34,447 nucleotides of DNA from a virus. Lineage: Duplodnaviria > Caudoviricetes. Each line of letters opens with the position of its first letter. The first letter of the stretch is position 1. Shown here one piece after another: positions 16,458-25,363 of the stretch. The stretch lies in IMG/VR virus record IMGVR_UViG_3300022670_000478, positions 1 through 34,447 of that record; one strand, 5' to 3'. Below the pieces are notes generated by a model, which saw nothing but the letters and a program-made list of their open reading frames with translations, did not search any database and had not been told where the DNA came from. Made by a program: the position numbers and the translations under genes.

Positions 16458-16849
16458 CCTAACAAGATCCTTTTGATTGTCTTCTTATTGCGGAAAAACA
16501 CAGGTCGCAAAAAGGGACGGGCTTTTAATTTTCGGGTTCCAAATTCTAGGGCAAGTGGATAATCTTTCACATTTGTCCCATAACGACCAATAATTTTCCT
16601 GCCAACCTTTTCAACCTGAGTTGCAATAGAATTTCGCAATCGCCCCGTGACACGCTTGGGAAACTCGCCAGGTTTGGACGGGTCAAGCCCTGCCAGTGCC
16701 CTACCCGACCGTTTAGTTTGTTGGGTCCGGCTCAACCCTTTAACCGTCTCATCCCTCAGGAAAATGACAGTACGACCCATGCGGCGGACAAGATCCGCGT
16801 CAACTTCTTTTTGAAACTGTGCCCCCCGCCATCTAACGCCCCTGGTCAT
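16454..16849 (-). CDS. HK97 gp10-like tail completion protein
   Basis: SKPGEFP..VTGRLRNSI, TNVKDY..ALEFGT....ARPFLRP. Confidence 0.88.
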   Translation of the reverse strand: MTRGVRWRGAQFQKEVDADLVRRMGRTVIFLRDETVKGLSRTQQTKRSGRALAGLDPSKPGEFPKRVTGRLRNSIATQVEKVGRKIIGRYGTNVKDYPLALEFGTRKLKARPFLRPVFFRNKKTIKRILLG

Positions 16850-17427
16850 CCTGACAACCCCACCACTGTAAAATTAATACGTTTAATTGTCACATTTGCA
16901 GTACCAGATTCATTTGAAATGAATAATTCAATGAAATCATCTTCCGATAATGTCATGTGCCCGATTACTGATATTGAACTAATTTCAGACCCTGTCCCAT
17001 GAGTACGCTCCTGAATTGTGGTAAGGCTTTCTGTGTCAACCACACTCCCATTTTTAGCTATTATAAAATTGATTAATTGGTTGTTTGATGCGGCGATCAT
17101 TGAAATTGATATACCAATCACAAAGGTCCGATTATCCAAGAGTCCAATATATTGCAATCTGTTATCGGATGGCATGGTGAATTGTACAGAATTAGGAGTA
17201 ACAACAGTTGTGCCAGCAGCTTTAACAAAAGTACTTATCGTTGCAATAACTGTTTCAACTTCTGCTGAAAGATGAAACCCGCCGAAGGGTGTTTGTCCTG
17301 ATGCTATAATATTTTTGTTCAGTTCCCGGACGTCTTCAGGTGATACAAGACCTTGCGTATTATCAGGTATATTTGTATCTGCCTCGATGCATAGATCTTC
17401 AGATGTTTTTATAATCCCAGCAGCCAT
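16846..17427 (-). CDS. Putative short trimeric fibre/spike with C1q/BclA-like C-terminal domain
   Basis: Helical N-terminus with IPDNTQGLVSPEDVR, then an all-beta domain with F.IAKNG and V.G...L..DD.IELFI.N; fold call is by pattern only. Confidence 0.6.
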   Translation of the reverse strand: MAAGIIKTSEDLCIEADTNIPDNTQGLVSPEDVRELNKNIIASGQTPFGGFHLSAEVETVIATISTFVKAAGTTVVTPNSVQFTMPSDNRLQYIGLLDNRTFVIGISISMIAASNNQLINFIIAKNGSVVDTESLTTIQERTHGTGSEISSISVIGHMTLSEDDFIELFISNESGTANVTIKRINFTVVGLSG

Positions 17428-17750
17428 TACAGAATAACCTCCATCAGAATTTTAAGGTGATCAGGGGAAGACGGCGGCAAGAGTGAAAGAACTTTAAATT
17501 TCGTACCCAGTATTTCTTCCGTCACCACATCGTCCCGGATCACATCCACACCAGCCTCAAAATACCCCACATGGGTGACCCGGTCAGCGTCACGATTGGC
17601 GATAGTCCGGTCCCCAGCAGTCGCTGGATCAATCTTGGCCCTGAGTGTGGCAATGGTGGCCGGGGTCCGGGCATGGCCGCCGGCGCCGTCCGCCGCTGTC
17701 GTGTCTCGATCGATTGTCACAGTTTTATTTAATAGGTGCAGGATGCTCAT
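17427..17750 (-). CDS. Head closure (stopper) protein
   Basis: LLNKTVTI.R......DGAGG, TH..YF, D.V; start moved to MSILHLL at 17750. Confidence 0.82.
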   Translation of the reverse strand: MSILHLLNKTVTIDRDTTAADGAGGHARTPATIATLRAKIDPATAGDRTIANRDADRVTHVGYFEAGVDVIRDDVVTEEILGTKFKVLSLLPPSSPDHLKILMEVIL

Positions 17751-17754
17751 ATCA

Positions 17755-17904
17755 TCACCGTTTTGACTGAGGCATAGGTGGGACATTTGATCGCGGACCC
17801 CTGTAACCACTTGTCGGCGGATTAGTTGAACCGCTTGACCGTGAATGAGACGTTCCGCCACCAATTAACACACCGATAACAAGACCAATAAAAAACCACA
17901 TCAT
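17755..17904 (-). CDS. 49-aa single-TM protein absent from the ORF track
   Basis: MMWFFIGLVIGVLIGGGTSHSRSSGSTNPPTSGYRGPRSNVPPMPQSKR*; ATGA overlap with the adaptor stop; fills the gap almost exactly. Confidence 0.65.
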   Translation of the reverse strand: MMWFFIGLVIGVLIGGGTSHSRSSGSTNPPTSGYRGPRSNVPPMPQSKR

Positions 17905-18758
17905 ATCATGCTTGCCCATCTGCCTAATGCTCTGGCTGTCGTGGCGGGGATTATCCCGGACCCCTCGACATATGTTGTTGAATGATCACCGATTGACTCG
18001 GCCTTGATATCCCGTGACCGGGCCCGGGCATTGAACATACTGGTTACGATTTCAATGGCGGCATGTTGCAGGGATGCCGGCAGGGTTTCAACAGTCATGT
18101 TTATTCCCGGCCCGGCTGCCTCAGTCACTAGCGTTGCTGTCACGATAATCTTGGCACCCGTGCGACTTACCACCGGGAATGTTCCGTTATTGGCAGGGTC
18201 GGCAAAGCCAGTTACCTTGATCGCTTCACCCGCCACCAATAAGGGGAACACCCCAGAAAAATTAAATGAATTGTCAACTGAACTCGCGCTTATGTTGACA
18301 TCGTTGATTATGTTATCCCCGGGCATTAAAAAACCACCTGTGTAATCGAATGACCAATCTGGTAAATCTTGGTAGTTGATTGCCTGTACGGTGAGGTCCG
18401 CCCGGTGCGCCTGGGTAGATTCAAACACTTTTTCCCGCGCGACGATTCCCGCATCAGCATCAATAATCCTTATATCAGTGATATCATCAAGAACCGTACC
18501 CCTTAACCTGACTACCTCGATAACCAGTACAGGCGGATAAAACAACAACAATCGTCTGAGCCCTGTACTAACTACATCATCTGTGACCGCCGCCCGGGCA
18601 AATTCCCGGCGCGTAAAATGTAAGATTTCATCAGTCGCGCGCACAATCAATTTATTGAGAAAGGCGTCATCCGTGGTGACAGTAATGCCTAGGGCCTCTT
18701 TGACATCTGCCAAAGAGGTGAAATCAGTATTAAACGGACGTGTGCGGAAAGTGATCAT
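17901..18758 (-). CDS. Head-tail adaptor with an inserted beta domain
   Basis: TSLADVKEALGI...DDAFLNKLI..A...I...T.R.F, YTGGF, LPASLQHA, ESIGDHS.TY, L.RW. Confidence 0.85.
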   Translation of the reverse strand: MITFRTRPFNTDFTSLADVKEALGITVTTDDAFLNKLIVRATDEILHFTRREFARAAVTDDVVSTGLRRLLLFYPPVLVIEVVRLRGTVLDDITDIRIIDADAGIVAREKVFESTQAHRADLTVQAINYQDLPDWSFDYTGGFLMPGDNIINDVNISASSVDNSFNFSGVFPLLVAGEAIKVTGFADPANNGTFPVVSRTGAKIIVTATLVTEAAGPGINMTVETLPASLQHAAIEIVTSMFNARARSRDIKAESIGDHSTTYVEGSGIIPATTARALGRWASMI

Positions 18759-19069
18759 TTTTGAACAGGTGCCCCTGCTGGTTTGGTTTCGCGGTCATCC
18801 ACAACACCGGGTGGGTTCGGTGGCCCTCCCTTGGCTTCTGCTTCTGCCTTGGCTCTTGCTTTTGCCTTGGCTTCTGCTAGGGCTCTTGCCTTGGCTTCGA
18901 TTTTATCCTGGGCTTTTTCAGCAGCAGCCTCGGCTTTTGCTTCTGCTTTGGGGTCATAATGTTCAGCAACGCCATCCTTGACCAGATCATCAGCATGGTC
19001 ATCTGGCCAGCCTGCTTTTTCGCCGGCACCATATCCATTATGGTTCGAAATATATTTTATAACTTTCAT
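18755..19069 (-). CDS. Small head-associated protein with Ala/Lys/Glu-rich linker
   Basis: Y.AGE.AG.PDD.A..LV..GVAE then AKAEAK repeats; start MKVIKY chosen because the longer start lies in a hairpin. Confidence 0.7.
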   Translation of the reverse strand: MKVIKYISNHNGYGAGEKAGWPDDHADDLVKDGVAEHYDPKAEAKAEAAAEKAQDKIEAKARALAEAKAKARAKAEAEAKGGPPNPPGVVDDRETKPAGAPVQK

Positions 19070-19096
19070 GATTTTTCTCACATTAAAGGGATGGAA

Positions 19097-19114
19097 TGGG
19101 GGCCGAAACCCCCA
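19097..19114 (-). terminator. Hairpin after the capsid/decoration genes
   Basis: Minus strand TGGGGG-T-TTCG-G-CCCCCA followed by a pyrimidine-rich tail. Confidence 0.6.
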
Positions 19115-19122
19115 CCACAATA

Positions 19123-19533
19123 TTAAATAGGTTCGACTTCAGAACCCCCAAGGGCCAGGGTCGACGCAACCGGAATAGCAGGGGTTGTGCCCCCCGTAAA
19201 GGCCACGGTTACCACCACTTTGATGAAGGCTTTCGCACCGCTCAAGTCAATATCGACTTCAGCGTCACTATCATCCGCCGTGATCTGGGTAATGGCCCCA
19301 CCGGGGAAGTCAACAAAGCTCCCGCCGCTGGTCGCGCTGTCCTGGATCTTGGCATCCACAGTTTGAGCCGATGGGGCCCCTGTGGCCGCGCCAGCCGCCG
19401 CATGAAGGATACAAGAGTTAAACCCGGTCCGATCAATGGCCGCACCGGTAATGGTTGCTGCTGCACTGTCTTCGGGGTCAATGGCTTTTTGCAGTTTTAC
19501 ATAATCACCTGCATTAGTTCTACGAGTTGTCAT
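19123..19533 (-). CDS. Capsid decoration/cement protein
   Basis: Directly after the capsid gene, GGAG RBS, beta-rich with TGAAIDRTGF and KIQDS. Confidence 0.75.
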   Translation of the reverse strand: MTTRRTNAGDYVKLQKAIDPEDSAAATITGAAIDRTGFNSCILHAAAGAATGAPSAQTVDAKIQDSATSGGSFVDFPGGAITQITADDSDAEVDIDLSGAKAFIKVVVTVAFTGGTTPAIPVASTLALGGSEVEPI

Positions 19534-19590
19534 AGTCTTTTCTCCAATTATGACTCGTTGATTTTAAAAGATTCCGTAACCTACGGGCAG

Positions 19591-20832
19591 TTAATTACCG
19601 TAGGTCACAGCGGTCAATGTCGCAATTGCTTCATTGTGCTTCGGGATCATGTCATGAGCGGACATCATTTTGATAACCGTTTCATCATTGGCGAAAGCCG
19701 ACCGATCATTGCCAGCTGAGTCTTTATATGTCGCCTCGGTTGACACTTTCAATCGGAATGAATCAATAGCGTCGAAAATAACTACTTCACTCATTTCAAC
19801 AAGATAGATTTCCGATTCATCACCGCCACCACCAAGATTACCAGGAATATTATTGGTTTCATTCACTGGTTTACCACGAATATTACCGTTAAGCGCAAGT
19901 GTAAATTCGTTGGTTTCGCCACCTGCCGTTTTCAGATCTTCCAGGAAACCCATAGACTGAGTTGTCATCAACCATGTTGGCCTGATATTTGGCACGTTGG
20001 CATTGCCCAGGAAATCAATCAAGGCCCGGATATCAGCACGAACATCGGCAACAGCCTCACTAGTTTGCGCCTGGGTATTAGCTGCAAAGTTCAACAAACC
20101 CTTAGGCTCGAATTCAGTGCCGGTCCCGCGCAAGAATGCCAGGTCTTCCCGCAACGCCATGACCCGAAGTAAATCGTCTTGGGCGACACGCTGTGACTGC
20201 TGATTGGTGAAATCATTTAACAAATCAGAAATAGCGGTTAAAGATTCCAGGATATGCGGCGTTGGAATAATTTGATCATTGGTCAACTGGCTTGCATTGG
20301 TGGTCGTGCCTTCGCCTTTATACCGAGCAACCGCACCACCCGTGACACGGGCCTGTCGGAATGCGCCGGTGGGAATTTGGCGACTGGTTGCAAGGTTCCG
20401 AACAACAGCCATAGGTCGCAATAGCTCAATAATATCACTTGCAACTTCTTCAGTAATCAACACACCTCCGCTTACAAGGTTAGTCGTGTTCAAGGCTTTG
20501 CCAATATAAGGCAAGTCTTTGAACACCTTTTCAGCAAGCTCAAAGGCTTGTCGTTCGTTGGACTTCAATAGCCCAGTAAGGGCCATCAATTTACCAAGCT
20601 TCAGATTATCGTTTTCAGGGTTGCCAATAAAGTTCTTCGCCTGATCCTGATTCACTTGTTTGATGTGGTGGGCAAACGTTTCGAAAGTTTTATCTTCCTT
20701 TTTCTCGTTTGCTTTTTTATCGGCGGCCAATGCGTCGGCCACTGCTTTTGCTGATTTGTCAGAAATCATTTTCTCCAATTCAGATTGGGTGATTTCAACA
20801 ACATTATCGTCTTTCTTTTTGCCTTCAGGCAT
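19591..20832 (-). CDS. Major capsid protein, HK97 fold
   Basis: SGGVLI.E....IIELLRP, EDLAFLRGTG...EPKGL, AFANDETVI; charged N-terminal scaffold-like region. Confidence 0.95.
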   Translation of the reverse strand: MPEGKKKDDNVVEITQSELEKMISDKSAKAVADALAADKKANEKKEDKTFETFAHHIKQVNQDQAKNFIGNPENDNLKLGKLMALTGLLKSNERQAFELAEKVFKDLPYIGKALNTTNLVSGGVLITEEVASDIIELLRPMAVVRNLATSRQIPTGAFRQARVTGGAVARYKGEGTTTNASQLTNDQIIPTPHILESLTAISDLLNDFTNQQSQRVAQDDLLRVMALREDLAFLRGTGTEFEPKGLLNFAANTQAQTSEAVADVRADIRALIDFLGNANVPNIRPTWLMTTQSMGFLEDLKTAGGETNEFTLALNGNIRGKPVNETNNIPGNLGGGGDESEIYLVEMSEVVIFDAIDSFRLKVSTEATYKDSAGNDRSAFANDETVIKMMSAHDMIPKHNEAIATLTAVTYGN

Positions 20833-20883
20833 AATTTTTCTCCAAAATTTGTTTTACATTTAACCTTGTGCAAGGTGTCGCGG

Positions 20884-22071
20884 CTATGCAGGCGCCTTAT
20901 CAGGAACAATCCGAAACCGTTTTTCACCATGCAGTGAACGGGCCCGGGTTATGTCCGACGTTAATTCTTCAATTTGTGCGGATTGTTCTTCGACCGCCTT
21001 TCGTAATTCTGCTGTTTCTTTCAGTGCAGATTTTAACTGACTGGTCAACAGCTCAAGACCATTTTTGATTTGACCGTCACCATCTAACATCAGGGTAGAG
21101 TCTTTCAACGTCTGATCGTCAACAGCCCTGAACTCTGGGGGCTCTTTGTCAAATTCCCGATAATGCTTTGCCAGGTGATTATAAACCCCGCGCCGGTCGC
21201 TGTCTGGAATATCAACCCCGCCCCGGGCCCCCAGCAAGGCACCCATTGCCCCAACGACACCCCGGAACACCACAGCATGACTGCCCCGTTCCCGATGGTG
21301 AGGAAGCTTAAAATCACCTTTCTTGAGTTCTTCACCGGTTCGCTCGACAAACGTCGCCATAACCTGCAAATCATCAACATCAGCCGCCGCGACCTGTGCT
21401 GGGCCGTCCCACGCTTCTGTTTCAGGCGCGATGGGTGTTCCATCCGGATGCGCTTCAGCAAATGTAATCGTGTCTTTTTTCGCGGTGTTGATCGCTTTGC
21501 GGATCAGGTCACCGGCTTTGTTCATCTGCTGCCTTGAAAAAATCGCGCAATCTTTGGTTTTCTCCCAATCATCCAAATAATCTTTGAACCAATCCTTCAT
21601 TGGCGCCAGGTCCAGGCCCTTGGCGGTTACCAAGGCTTCGGGATTGGATGGGATGGGAACAATGGAGAATTCAAGCAATTCCTGTTTGATGAATTGAATA
21701 CCACCGTCGCTCCGTTCAAACTCAATCGGAGAAAAACCAACACTCGTCGCATTAAGAAAACCAGCCTTGACCATCCGGAAAACAGACTCAGCGAGCGGAT
21801 TCATGCCAGCATCAGCAAACTTGACGGATGCTTTTAGGGCCCCGCCTTCCAGTCTAATATTCTCCGCCTTACCCACGGGCAATGATCTATTATCGTGACC
21901 AAAGAGAACCACAGGGTTTTTAAGAAAGTTCGTTAGGATCCAACCCTTGGGGTCAATTGTATCCCCGTCCCGGTCTTTCGCCGCTGTGGAAATGATGAAA
22001 TCAACCGTCCTATCCTCATCGTCGTGAGAGAATTTAATTTCAGTTTTCGTTTTGAGCCTGACAATTTTCAT
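20884..22071 (-). CDS. HK97-family prohead protease with extra C-terminal domain
   Basis: DRDGDTI, NPVVLFGH, GFLNATSVGF, LLEFSIVPIPSNPEA. Confidence 0.92.
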   Translation of the reverse strand: MKIVRLKTKTEIKFSHDDEDRTVDFIISTAAKDRDGDTIDPKGWILTNFLKNPVVLFGHDNRSLPVGKAENIRLEGGALKASVKFADAGMNPLAESVFRMVKAGFLNATSVGFSPIEFERSDGGIQFIKQELLEFSIVPIPSNPEALVTAKGLDLAPMKDWFKDYLDDWEKTKDCAIFSRQQMNKAGDLIRKAINTAKKDTITFAEAHPDGTPIAPETEAWDGPAQVAAADVDDLQVMATFVERTGEELKKGDFKLPHHRERGSHAVVFRGVVGAMGALLGARGGVDIPDSDRRGVYNHLAKHYREFDKEPPEFRAVDDQTLKDSTLMLDGDGQIKNGLELLTSQLKSALKETAELRKAVEEQSAQIEELTSDITRARSLHGEKRFRIVPDKAPA

Positions 22072-22079
22072 GATGAATA

Positions 22080-24083
22080 TTACCTGTTGTTGTTCGAATT
22101 TTCAAGAGCCTTGATTATAGCCCGTTCCTGGTCCCGGAAAGCACGCTTAAATATCCGGCGCAATGTCCCCTCATGTGAGCGTCGGCGGTCATCAAATATC
22201 TTAGAAACTTTCAATCTGAAATCCACAGAATTAGCTGCTGCCCTTGATTCTGGTGTGACAGCCAATACAGCACAGCGACAATTGATAGAGTTTTCCGCCC
22301 TTGAGAATTGACCGGGCCCCGCGCCTGTGTCGCCGTCTGGTGTTGTGAAGTCTTGCCCTACCTTAACAATGTCCCCATCAAGTGCAACGTGGCTATCCCT
22401 GACCCTACTATCAAAGGACGCAAGCCACATTTTTTCGCTCACACCTGCTTGTTTCATAGCCAATTCAGCAGAAAACGTTGAACCACGCACCGTTTCCGTT
22501 CGAGCAATGCTTTCTGCACGGGCAAGGCGAACATCAAACACCTGAGTCACCCGCTCAGTCAGCTTTGTAAATGAATCACCAGCCGCCACACCTTCAGCAA
22601 GCGTTGATTTAACGGCCCGTCGTGTTGTTTCATCAATAGCCCGTACACGAGCAGCCCCAAACTCCGACAGGAATACTTGAGAACGTGTATCGGCCAGATT
22701 GAAATCAAAAGTTATATCAAGCTGGTCGAATTGATCTTCCCCGAAATCACGGATAACTTCCCGCATGGCAATGGTTGCATCTGAGGCTGCACTATTACCA
22801 ACCACAGCGTTCTCAATATCACGATCACTTGGTATGTTCTGCTTCATTATCAACGCTTGCGACCCTGTCAAACCGGTTTTGCGGTTGACCATAATTATAG
22901 AACGTTCTGCTGGTTCTGTGCCGCCATCGATATCACCTATCGTTAGGTTGAATGGAACGGCAAACACTTCATCGAAGCCGTCAATGTCTGGCTCATCAGC
23001 CGACCGGCGGATTTCATTTATACTAAAGGCGTGTGGGTGCTTGGCCATGATTTCGATCTTATCCGCTTTATCCTCTTGGATTGGATTCACAAAATCAAGA
23101 AACACATTGTCCCCAAACATCGGGGCAAGAGTTTTGTTCAGGCTGGATTTAATCAATTCGAGTTTAGGCGCAATGACAAACCGCATTGCGATTTTCATAG
23201 CTTCTTTTGATGTGGCTTGATTGCTGCTATCGACAATACCGAAAATCTCAGGCGGGAATCCATAGAACTGCATAATAGCATCACGATCAGAGTCGTTGAT
23301 ATCCTTGAGTGCTAGGTCTTTCAGTGCCTGACTCAACTCTTTGACCCAAACTTTGCCGGGCAAAAAGAATGGTTTATGTCGATTGAGCGCACCCGATAAT
23401 TTTTGAAGCCATGATTCTTCGAGGGCTTTTTTAGCATCTTTGCCGATTGGGGTGCTTGCGTCATCACTGGCAATCAATAGATCAGGTCGGGCCCCGTTCT
23501 CAAAGAACGTTTTGGTAAATTTACGGGCATTAAAATCAGTTTCAAGAATATCCCCCAAGCTTTCCGCCACACCAATCGGGGCAAGGTATGGTTCGGCAGG
23601 GTCGGGAATCTTGATATGACAAATGTCTTCGGGCTTAAAGGTTAGGGTTTTCCCCTGATTGGCGTTGATTTCCCATTGACCAGTTCCCAGGGCCGGGCGC
23701 TCAGTGATCCAATTGGGCGGAATGGGCCAAAGGTCAGTGACAGGCACACCAGGCGTCACAGCACGCTTTAAGAGGATTGCTTCATTCGTTAGGCAAAGGT
23801 GCTTGATGATCAGTTGTCGATTGACCAGGCCAGAAAATTCACTATTACCATCGTCCATCAACTTCTCAAGGGGATGATCGAGAATCCGTTCACCGTCTTT
23901 ATCAACGACGATCCAATCAATGGCCGCGCCAATTTCCGCTATCTTATCGACAACCTGACGCAACAAACGCCATTTGCCGTAATCTTCCAGTATCCTGTTA
24001 TTTGTGAGACTGCCCCCGATGGTCGTTCGAGGCATAAAAATGGAAAACGCGTTTCCCTTGGCTGCCTTACTGAAAAACTTCAT
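22080..24083 (-). CDS. Portal protein fused to a Mu gpF/SPP1 gp7-like minor head domain
   Basis: HPLEKL, FFENGARP, YGFPPEIFG, SINEIR; then IARTET, KMW....D.RVRDSH..LDG, INCRC. Confidence 0.9.
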   Translation of the reverse strand: MKFFSKAAKGNAFSIFMPRTTIGGSLTNNRILEDYGKWRLLRQVVDKIAEIGAAIDWIVVDKDGERILDHPLEKLMDDGNSEFSGLVNRQLIIKHLCLTNEAILLKRAVTPGVPVTDLWPIPPNWITERPALGTGQWEINANQGKTLTFKPEDICHIKIPDPAEPYLAPIGVAESLGDILETDFNARKFTKTFFENGARPDLLIASDDASTPIGKDAKKALEESWLQKLSGALNRHKPFFLPGKVWVKELSQALKDLALKDINDSDRDAIMQFYGFPPEIFGIVDSSNQATSKEAMKIAMRFVIAPKLELIKSSLNKTLAPMFGDNVFLDFVNPIQEDKADKIEIMAKHPHAFSINEIRRSADEPDIDGFDEVFAVPFNLTIGDIDGGTEPAERSIIMVNRKTGLTGSQALIMKQNIPSDRDIENAVVGNSAASDATIAMREVIRDFGEDQFDQLDITFDFNLADTRSQVFLSEFGAARVRAIDETTRRAVKSTLAEGVAAGDSFTKLTERVTQVFDVRLARAESIARTETVRGSTFSAELAMKQAGVSEKMWLASFDSRVRDSHVALDGDIVKVGQDFTTPDGDTGAGPGQFSRAENSINCRCAVLAVTPESRAAANSVDFRLKVSKIFDDRRRSHEGTLRRIFKRAFRDQERAIIKALENSNNNR

Positions 24084-25363
24084 GTGAGGTCATCCCATTT
24101 GAAATGACTGCCACCACTTAATTCAGTCATGGCCCAAACGTTGGCGTCCATTCTGTCGGGGCTACCGTCGCGGGTTCGGTCGTAATCTAACGTGAATTCT
24201 GCCATTTGATCCTCAAGCGTTGGGAATGATCCGACATGATGGACTTGCGCCTTTTCATAGAGCATTGCGATTGGTTCGGCCCGTATCGTTTTGCCGCGTG
24301 TTGCGATGACTTTGTTATAACTAACATTTTTATCCACGTTACGCAAGACCGCCTCAATCATATCCCCGCCGTTGTTGGCTTCACCTATGATTTTATCAGC
24401 TTGCCACTTATCATAGGCCGTTACCGCGACCCGGGCCCACTCAGTCGGCGCATACCGTCCGGATAGGTCTTCAAGTACGAAATATTCTTCATCCCTACGG
24501 GCTGCCACAATGATACCTGTTTCGTCTGATTCCTCACCCGACGTTACAGCGGGGTCAATGGCGACAACGATGCGATCCATGGCGTTTTTATCAATCGATT
24601 TAACCCTGTCCCGATCAAACCAAGCACGATTCCATAGAGCCCCGGCGACATCTTCCAGGATTTCGGCGTTAATTTCCTGGCGTCCCTTACGGGTTCCTTC
24701 ATACCGCTTGACGATCTTATCAAAGAATGCCTTGGGAAGATTAGCCTGGTTCTCGTATGTGGTGCCCCGGGTGATAGCAGTAGTTTCATCCCTCAAAAGC
24801 TCTTTAAAGAACTTAAGGGGTCGCGGGGTGGTCGTCACACATACCTGAGGATCGACACCCAAACGCAAACCAAACAGAAGATTATCCCATGTGTCCTTAA
24901 GATATTTCCATTTGGCCGGTTCATCGCACCAAGCGTAATGATGTTGAGGGCCGCGGAGTTGGTCGGGTTCTTCTGCTGAATATGTCTTTGCTATGGATCC
25001 ATTAGGCCAAGTCAGTTGGCGTTTGGAAGGCTCGTAGCGGGGTCTATTCCATGGTGGGCAGACTTCCATAATCCCGCTTTCCCCCTCGATCATCACGTCC
25101 CTTGCATCCGCTGCAGTCTCAGCCACCAATGCAAGTCTAAGCTTTGTTTTCGGATTGCTTTCAACAAGATTTCTTATCCATTCGGCGCCCATGCGGGTTT
25201 TACCATACCCACGACCAGCAAGCACTAACCAACAGAACCAAAGGCCCTCAGGGGCAAGTTGCTTATCTCTGGCCCACTGCTCCCATTTATAGTTTAAAAC
25301 GGCCCGTTCAGCTTCAGTTAATTCTGGTACTAGTTTCTGAAGTTCGTTCAGCGTCAATCGCAT
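24080..25363 (-). CDS. terL: Terminase large subunit
   Basis: Walker A AGRGYGKT, Walker B AWCDE, VTTTP, nuclease VAIDPA and SPDRMDA; start 25363 follows GAGG. Confidence 0.95.
   Translation of the reverse strand: MRLTLNELQKLVPELTEAERAVLNYKWEQWARDKQLAPEGLWFCWLVLAGRGYGKTRMGAEWIRNLVESNPKTKLRLALVAETAADARDVMIEGESGIMEVCPPWNRPRYEPSKRQLTWPNGSIAKTYSAEEPDQLRGPQHHYAWCDEPAKWKYLKDTWDNLLFGLRLGVDPQVCVTTTPRPLKFFKELLRDETTAITRGTTYENQANLPKAFFDKIVKRYEGTRKGRQEINAEILEDVAGALWNRAWFDRDRVKSIDKNAMDRIVVAIDPAVTSGEESDETGIIVAARRDEEYFVLEDLSGRYAPTEWARVAVTAYDKWQADKIIGEANNGGDMIEAVLRNVDKNVSYNKVIATRGKTIRAEPIAMLYEKAQVHHVGSFPTLEDQMAEFTLDYDRTRDGSPDRMDANVWAMTELSGGSHFKWDDLT

Noticed and set aside
17751-17864. N-terminal extension of the head closure ORF
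   Set aside because: Better explained by the 49-aa ORF in another frame and a start at 17750.
19576-19608. Hairpin ACCTACGG/CCGTAGGT spanning the capsid stop codon as a readthrough or frameshift signal
   Set aside because: No supporting extended frame was identified and the next gene has its own RBS; more likely an mRNA stability element.
22695-22735. QFDQLDITFDF in the portal-gpF linker as another FD tag
   Set aside because: Only two repeats and not an obvious insertion; likely chance.
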